DNA of 64,000 nucleotides, from positions 982,134 to 1,046,133 of the forward strand of contig CAVQDH010000002.1 of assembly GCA_963711215.1 (NCBI GenBank), in the 5' to 3' direction. The notes below the pieces were generated by a model. It worked only from the letters and a program-made list of their open reading frames with translations, ran no database searches and was not told the origin of the DNA. Shown here in pieces: positions 58,646-64,000 of this stretch. The position numbers and the translations under genes were made by a program. This DNA is from an uncultured Alphaproteobacteria bacterium (GTDB taxonomy: Bacteria; Pseudomonadota; Alphaproteobacteria; UBA8366). How positions within the stretch are numbered: position 1 is the first letter of the stretch; each line of letters opens with the position of its first letter.

Positions 58646-59722
58646 ATGAAGATTTCACGCGTTGCGGTCGTCGCAACGATTGCGGCTCTGGTCGCGTTTG
58701 CCGGTCCGGCCGGCGCGGTGACCAACAGCGATGCCAGCAAGAAGCGCATTGCGGAGTATTACGCGCTCGCCAAGAAGGAAGGCGAGGTCGTCTGGTACAC
58801 GACCTCCCGCGAATCTTATCTGAAGGGCCTGAGCGCCTTCTGGAAGAAAAAGTTTCCCGACGTGAAGCTCACCATCCTGCGGAAGAACTCGCCGCAGCTG
58901 GTGCAGACGATCGAGGCGGAAATTGCGGCTGGTCGGCCGCGCGCCGATGTCTTCACGTCTGCGCTCGCCTATCAGGGCGAGGACTTCAAGCAGCACGGCT
59001 GGTACACGCCCTACAAGCCAGCGACCTTCGATCTGATCGACAAACGTTTCAAGGATCCGGACGGACAATGGATCGCGCAAAGCATGTTCCTGCTGCTCGG
59101 CGCTTACAACACCAACGTGATCAAGGACAAGAAGGAGCTGCCGAAGACCTATGCGGATCTGTTGGATCCGAAATGGAAAGGCAAGTTGCTGAGCGCCCAT
59201 CCGCAGACTTCCGGGTCGCACACCGCCTTCTACGGCGGCATCGTGAGCGAGAAGATCGACGGCGGCTGGCCGTTCCTCGAAAAGCTCGGCGGTCAGGACA
59301 TGATGTTCGTCAAGGCGAATGCCGAGGCGGCGCGGATGGTGACGGCCGGCGAGCGTCCGGTCGCGGTGGCCGTGTCTTCGCACAACACCTTGGTCGCCCG
59401 TGCGAAAGGGTCGCCCGTCGACGTCTTCGCCTATGACGATGGCGTCATCGTCAACATGTCGCCGCAGGGTATCCTCAAGACCGCGCCGCATCCGAACGCC
59501 GCGAAGCTTTTGACCGAGTGGCAGTTCAGCGACGGAGGGCCAGGCGCAGATCGCTTCGATGGGGACTGCAATGGCCGGTGGTGGAAGGGCGTTCCGGGAC
59601 CGAAAGGCGCGCCGGACCTGAAGTCGATGAAGCTCATCGTTCCCGATCTGACGTCCCAGATCCCGGACGAAGGGCGCAAGGACTTCCTGAAGAAGTTTAA
59701 CGCCGCAATGGGGCGAAACTGA
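58646..59722 (+). CDS. ABC transporter periplasmic solute-binding protein (family 1, Fe3+/polyamine-like)
   Basis: ATG 58646 lies 9 nt after GGAGG. MKISRVAVVATIAALVAFAGPAGA is the signal peptide, followed by EVVWYTTSRESYLKGLSAFWKKKFPDVKLTILRKNSPQL. The frame is open throughout, but an 18-codon patch at 59531-59586 looks frame-scrambled (see findings). Confidence 0.75.
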   Translation: MKISRVAVVATIAALVAFAGPAGAVTNSDASKKRIAEYYALAKKEGEVVWYTTSRESYLKGLSAFWKKKFPDVKLTILRKNSPQLVQTIEAEIAAGRPRADVFTSALAYQGEDFKQHGWYTPYKPATFDLIDKRFKDPDGQWIAQSMFLLLGAYNTNVIKDKKELPKTYADLLDPKWKGKLLSAHPQTSGSHTAFYGGIVSEKIDGGWPFLEKLGGQDMMFVKANAEAARMVTAGERPVAVAVSSHNTLVARAKGSPVDVFAYDDGVIVNMSPQGILKTAPHPNAAKLLTEWQFSDGGPGADRFDGDCNGRWWKGVPGPKGAPDLKSMKLIVPDLTSQIPDEGRKDFLKKFNAAMGRN

Positions 59723-59879
59723 GCATATCGACGCGCCAGGACCGCCACGGCGGCCTTCCTTCGAAGGTCTGACCGTGGCGGCCCGGGGCCGAGATGGCGA
59801 TGACCGGCCGCCGGCTCCAGCGCGGGCTGAACGGCCGGGCCTTCGTGCTCAAAAAATAATTTGGAGGAATGAAAGGCCA

Positions 59880-60980
59880 ATGGCCGACGTACCGCACAAA
59901 CTGGAATTGCAAAATCTCGTCAAGATGTTCGGCGAGGTTCGCGCCGTCGACGGCGTCAGCCTGCAGATCGCATCAGGCGAGAGCGTCGTGCTGCTCGGCC
60001 CGAGCGGCTGCGGCAAGACGACCACGCTTCGCTCCGTCGCCGGCTTCATCAAGCCCGACGGTGGCCAGATCCTGCTCGACGGGCAGAAGATCGCCGACGG
60101 CAACAGCAGCCTGCCGCCCGAAAAGCGGCGGCTTGGCATGGTGTTCCAGAACTATGCCGTGTGGCCGCACAAGAGCGTGTTTCAGAACGTGGCCTACGGG
60201 CTGGTCATCGCGAAGCTGTCGCGCAACGAGATCGAGCAACGCGTGCGGCGCGCCCTCGAGCTGGTGAAGATGCCGGGCCTGGAAAATCGCATGCCGGGCG
60301 AGCTGAGCGGCGGACAGCAGCAGCGGGTTGCGTTGGCCCGCGCCATCGTCACGGAGCCGTCGATGCTCCTGCTCGACGAGCCGCTGTCGAATCTCGACGC
60401 CGGGCTGCGCGAAGAGATGCGCTTCGAGCTCAAGGAATTGCAGGAGCGCATCGGCATGACCACGCTCTATGTGACCCACGATCAGGAAGAGGCGCTCGTT
60501 CTCGCCGACCGCATCGTGGTGATGAACAAGGGCAAGATCGAGCAGGTCGACGTGCCGCGCGAGGTCTACCTGCATCCGGCGAGCCGCTTCGTCGCGACCT
60601 TCGTCGGCGTCACCAATCTGCTGGATGCCACGGTCGATGCCGTCGACGCCAAGTCCGGGCGCGTCCGGGCGGCCAGCGCGCTCGGCGAGCCGTTCTGGGC
60701 GAGCAGCCGGAAGGACAAGCTCCAGACGCTCAACAAGGGCGACCGGATCGCCGTCTCGGTGCGGCCGGAGGCCATCTTCGTCAACGGCAGCGCCCCGTCG
60801 CTGAACCCGAAATTCCGCGCCCGCGTGCAGAAGAGCGCCTTCCTCGGCAACCGGATCGATCTCAGGCTCGATCTCAAGGGGCAGGAATTCCGCTGTCAGG
60901 TTCCCAAGTTCGAGCATACGCTCGCCCAGAGCCATGACGTGGATGTCGAATTCGACAGCGAATTGGCGTGGGTGGTCTGA
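59880..60980 (+). CDS. ABC transporter ATP-binding protein
   Basis: ATG 59880. Walker A is LLGPSGCGKTT, the signature is LSGGQQQRVALARA, and Walker B is LLLDEPLS. A C-terminal TOBE-like region is present. The frame is intact. Confidence 0.9.
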   Translation: MADVPHKLELQNLVKMFGEVRAVDGVSLQIASGESVVLLGPSGCGKTTTLRSVAGFIKPDGGQILLDGQKIADGNSSLPPEKRRLGMVFQNYAVWPHKSVFQNVAYGLVIAKLSRNEIEQRVRRALELVKMPGLENRMPGELSGGQQQRVALARAIVTEPSMLLLDEPLSNLDAGLREEMRFELKELQERIGMTTLYVTHDQEEALVLADRIVVMNKGKIEQVDVPREVYLHPASRFVATFVGVTNLLDATVDAVDAKSGRVRAASALGEPFWASSRKDKLQTLNKGDRIAVSVRPEAIFVNGSAPSLNPKFRARVQKSAFLGNRIDLRLDLKGQEFRCQVPKFEHTLAQSHDVDVEFDSELAWVV

Positions 60981-60983
60981 GCC

Positions 60984-62732
60984 ATGGCAACAACGACAAT
61001 CGATGCCGGCAAGTCGCTGACCGGATTGCGGCGCAGGATCGCGCTCGGATACGAGGAGTTCCAGACGAGCGCCCGGCGCGAGCCGATCAAGTACCTGACC
61101 ATGCTCCTCGGCGTCTTGGCCTTGGCGGGGCTCGTCTGCTACCCGGTGTATCTGCTCTTCCAGTTCAGCCTTTACGATTCGGCGGGCAACTTCACGCTCA
61201 AGAACTACGTCGCGGTCTTCACGGAGCCCGGCTTGCTGTCGGCGATGAAGAACTCGCTGATCCTCGCCTCGTCAGTTCCGGCGATCTGCCTGTTGGTCGG
61301 CTTGCCGGCGGCGTGGCTCGTGTCGCGCACGGACATGCCGATGAAGGGGCTGGTGCGCGCCTTCGCCGGCGTTGCCTTCATCGTGCCGTCCTTCATCTCG
61401 GTGATCGCCTGGATATTCCTGATGGCGCCCAACTCCGGCAAGATCAACAAGCTGTTGATGGCCGTGTTCGGCCTCGAGTCGCCACCGATCGACATCTTCT
61501 CGATGGGCGGGCTGATCTTCGTCGAATCGATGCACTTCTATCCGCTGGTCTTCTTCGCGGTGACGGCGGCGCTGGACAATATCGATCCGTCCTTTGAAGA
61601 CGCCGCGCGGAACCTGGGGGCAGGGCGCGTACGGACCGCGGTGACGGTGACGTTGCCGCTCGTGACGCCGGCGGTTCTGTCGGGCCTGATCCTGTGTATC
61701 CTGGATGCGCTCGCCGCCTTCGGCGCGCCGGCCGCGCTCGGCTTCCCGGTCAACATCCACGTCCTGACGACCAAGATCTACACGCTCCTGACCTATCCGC
61801 CGCAGCTGCAGCTCGCCGCCGCGGTATCGATCCCGATCATCTTCTTCACCGCGCTCTGCCTTCTGTGCCAGCGCTGGTGGCTCGGCCGGACCAAGTACAC
61901 GACGCTCACCGGCAAGATCGGCAAGGCGCAGGCGGTCGAGCTCGGGCCGTGGCGCTGGGTCGCGTTCGGCTTCTGTTTCGTGGTGATCTTCTTCAGCGTG
62001 CTGTTGCCGCTGACGGCGCTGATCATCCTGTCGCTGCTCAACACCTTCGGCGCGGACATCGCGCTCAAGAACATGGTCCTGAGCAACTACAAGATCTTCT
62101 TCGACGACACCTTCATCGTCTGGCAGTCGGCGAAGAACAGCCTCAGGCTGGCCTTTGCCACGGCGACGCTGTGCGTGCTGCTCAGCATCGTCTATGTCTG
62201 GATCGTGGAGCGGACGAAGATCCCGGGACGCAGCCTCGTGACCTTCATCGTCATGATTACCTTCGGCTTCCCGGCGGTGGCGATGGGCGTCGGCGTCATG
62301 ATCGGTTACATCAACGTGCTGTATGGAACGCTGTGGATCATCTTCGTCGCCTACATGGCGAAAATGATCCCCTTCGCCTTCATCTTCATGCGCAACGCCA
62401 TCAAGCAGATCGGCGAAGAGCTGGAAGAGGCGGCGCGCATCGCGGGCGCGACGTGGCTCCGTTCCGTCCGCGACGTCACCGTGCCGTTGATGAAGACCGG
62501 CATCTGGGTCGGCTGGGTGCTGATCTTCTCGCTTTGCCTGCGCGAGCTCGCCATGTCGGTCTTCCTGGCGCAGCCGGGGACCGAGGTGATGGCGGTGGCG
62601 GTCTACATCTATCTCGAGGAAGGCTCGGTCGAGAACGCGGCGGCCATCTCGGTGGTGATCGCGCTGCTCAGCGTGGTGACCGTCATGATCGCCCGCAAGA
62701 TCGCCGGCAAGGGCACGCTCGAGGTCAGGTGA
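60984..62732 (+). CDS. ABC transporter permease, duplicated-domain (FbpB/iron(III)-type) form
   Basis: Intact 582-aa ORF with two repeated six-helix halves. Each half carries an EAA-like loop (FEDAARNLGAGRV and LEEAARIAGATWL). Confidence 0.85.
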   Translation: MATTTIDAGKSLTGLRRRIALGYEEFQTSARREPIKYLTMLLGVLALAGLVCYPVYLLFQFSLYDSAGNFTLKNYVAVFTEPGLLSAMKNSLILASSVPAICLLVGLPAAWLVSRTDMPMKGLVRAFAGVAFIVPSFISVIAWIFLMAPNSGKINKLLMAVFGLESPPIDIFSMGGLIFVESMHFYPLVFFAVTAALDNIDPSFEDAARNLGAGRVRTAVTVTLPLVTPAVLSGLILCILDALAAFGAPAALGFPVNIHVLTTKIYTLLTYPPQLQLAAAVSIPIIFFTALCLLCQRWWLGRTKYTTLTGKIGKAQAVELGPWRWVAFGFCFVVIFFSVLLPLTALIILSLLNTFGADIALKNMVLSNYKIFFDDTFIVWQSAKNSLRLAFATATLCVLLSIVYVWIVERTKIPGRSLVTFIVMITFGFPAVAMGVGVMIGYINVLYGTLWIIFVAYMAKMIPFAFIFMRNAIKQIGEELEEAARIAGATWLRSVRDVTVPLMKTGIWVGWVLIFSLCLRELAMSVFLAQPGTEVMAVAVYIYLEEGSVENAAAISVVIALLSVVTVMIARKIAGKGTLEVR

Positions 62733-62747
62733 AGCTGCGCTTCAAGG

Positions 62748-62779
62748 TCGGCGGGCAGGATGTCGATCCTGCCCGCCGA
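62748..62779. terminator. perfect 14-bp hairpin between convergent permease and ClC genes
   Basis: TCGGCGGGCAGGAT, loop GTCG, ATCCTGCCCGCCGA. There is no clear U-tract on either strand, so this is a bidirectional stop or stability element at best. Confidence 0.4.
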
Positions 62780-62796
62780 ACGGCGTTCGTGCCGCC

Positions 62797-64000
62797 TTAT
62801 TGCGCGATGTCGCGCATGACCGTCGATGCGATTTCCTGGCGGGTGATGACGCCGACCACATTATTGCGGCCCGGCCGTTTATGGTCCGTGAGGACGAGGG
62901 CGACCGGCCGATCCTTCCGGTTCATGCGCTGTATGACGGATTGCAGGAAAGCGTCGCTGCGGACCACCGTGAACTTGGTGATCGGCGCCTTCGTTGCCGT
63001 GTCGGGCGTGCCGCTTCCGACCGGAACGATGCCGACGACCCGATCGCCCTTCGTCACGATCTTGTAGGAATCGGCGGGCTCGGCGACGGCCGGTTGCAGC
63101 GCCTTGCACGTAACCTCCTCCAATGGCACCGCACCTGAGATGGGACGCATGACGTCCTTGGCATGGCGGATGAGGAACATGTGGGAGTGGCGCTCCTTCG
63201 GGATGTGATGGCCCGCGGCGCGCCAGCTTCGCGGTGTAGATGTTCTCGAACGACAGCAGGCGGCGGATGCCGATCGACGCGGCGACCGAGATGATGACGG
63301 GAACGGTCACGCTGTAGTCGTGCGTCATCTCGAAGATCATCAGGATCGCGGTCATCGCCGCGCCGGTCGAGCCGCCGACGACCGCCGCCATGCCGATGAT
63401 CGCGAAGGGCACCGTGCTGATCGAGAGGTTCGGCCAGACCTGCGCCGCCAGCGAGCCGAAGCAGCCGCCGAGCGTGGCGCCGAGGAACAGGGACGGGGAG
63501 AAGATCCCGCCCGATGCGCCGGAGCCGAGGCTGACGCGTCGTCGCCAGACAGCTTGGCGACGAACAGCAGCGCCAGCAGCCATGTGAGCTTCAGCTGGTC
63601 GGTGAGAATCGCCTGGATGGTCGAATAGCCGACGCCTTCGACGTGATAATGCCCGACCGTCAGCAGCAGCGTGTAGAACAGGATGCCCAGTCCCAGCATG
63701 CCGACCACGTTCCGCGTGTAGGCATTGCCCGGCATGTCGTCGAACACGTCCTCCATGAAGTGCAGGAAGCGGACGAAGACCGCCGACGCGATGCCGCACA
63801 GGATGCCGAAGAACGCGTAGATGGGCAGGAAGGATATCGCCGCCGGGAACAGCAGCTCGGGCAGCCCGCGCGTCGGCACCATGAAAGCGGGCTCCATGCC
63901 GAAGAAGATGCGTCCGACATAGGTCGCCCCGCCGGTGGCGAGCACGACCGGCAGCAGGGTGCGCGCGCTGAGCTCCGGCAGCATCAGCTCGATGGCGAAC
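62797..64000 (-). pseudogene. ClC voltage-gated chloride channel with C-terminal CBS domain, frameshifted; 5' end beyond the window
   Basis: Pieces in three frames: ...LPELSARTLLPVVLATGGATYVGRIFFG...HYHVEGVGYSTIQAIL, then SLGSGASGGIFSPSLFLGATLGG...GGSTGAAMTAILMIFEMT, then HHIPKERHSHMFLIRHAKDVMRP...VVGVITRQEIAS (CBS). Extra bases lie near 63545-63560 (two) and near 63212. Confidence 0.75.

Overview
This is a high-GC proteobacterial chromosomal segment. Gene content and the expansion of Bug/TTT transporters look Rhizobiales-like or beta-proteobacterial, but the sequence alone cannot prove that. I found no rRNA, tRNA, CRISPR array, transposase, integrase or phage gene, and no classical HTH transcription factor. 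The window has four blocks. (1) 1-19.1 kb is surface-polysaccharide biosynthesis. A plus-strand run holds a glycosyltransferase, an rfbF-like cytidylyltransferase, an epimerase/dehydratase and three tandem C-methyltransferase-fold genes. A minus-strand operon follows: asnB-type amidotransferase, bi-domain oxidoreductase, heparinase II/III-like protein, nucleotide-sugar dehydrogenase, GT4 and UDP-glucuronate decarboxylase. (2) 19.9-28.1 kb is an intact export module: an orphan P-loop ATPase, a beta-barrel OMP, a Wza-like exporter, a Wzc/ExoP-like protein and an atypical receiver plus zinc-ribbon protein. (3) 28.2-58.2 kb is an organic-acid catabolic island. It contains CapA, three MmgE/PrpD paralogs, three tripartite tricarboxylate transporters (two as a tandem duplication) and an HMG-CoA-lyase-like gene. 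It also has two flavoproteins, two crotonases, a CoxG-M-S-L type molybdenum hydroxylase, an aldo/keto reductase and SthA. (4) 58.6-64 kb holds an ABC importer and a ClC channel. The most unusual property is that about 15 of roughly 48 genes are interrupted by frameshifts or stop codons, and the pattern is strongly non-random. All six genes at 1.8-9.0 kb are broken, and only the second copy of the duplicated transporter and only one of the two crotonases are broken. There are no lesions at all between 19.9 and 35.6 kb. This is either real pathway- and paralog-specific decay or locally poor consensus, and I cannot distinguish the two without reads. I did not find a convincing, wholly new multi-gene system. 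The best leads are the orphan ATPase at the head of the export module, the pseudo-receiver/His-rich/zinc-ribbon protein at its end, and the PrpD/TTT/Mo-hydroxylase island with no known substrate.
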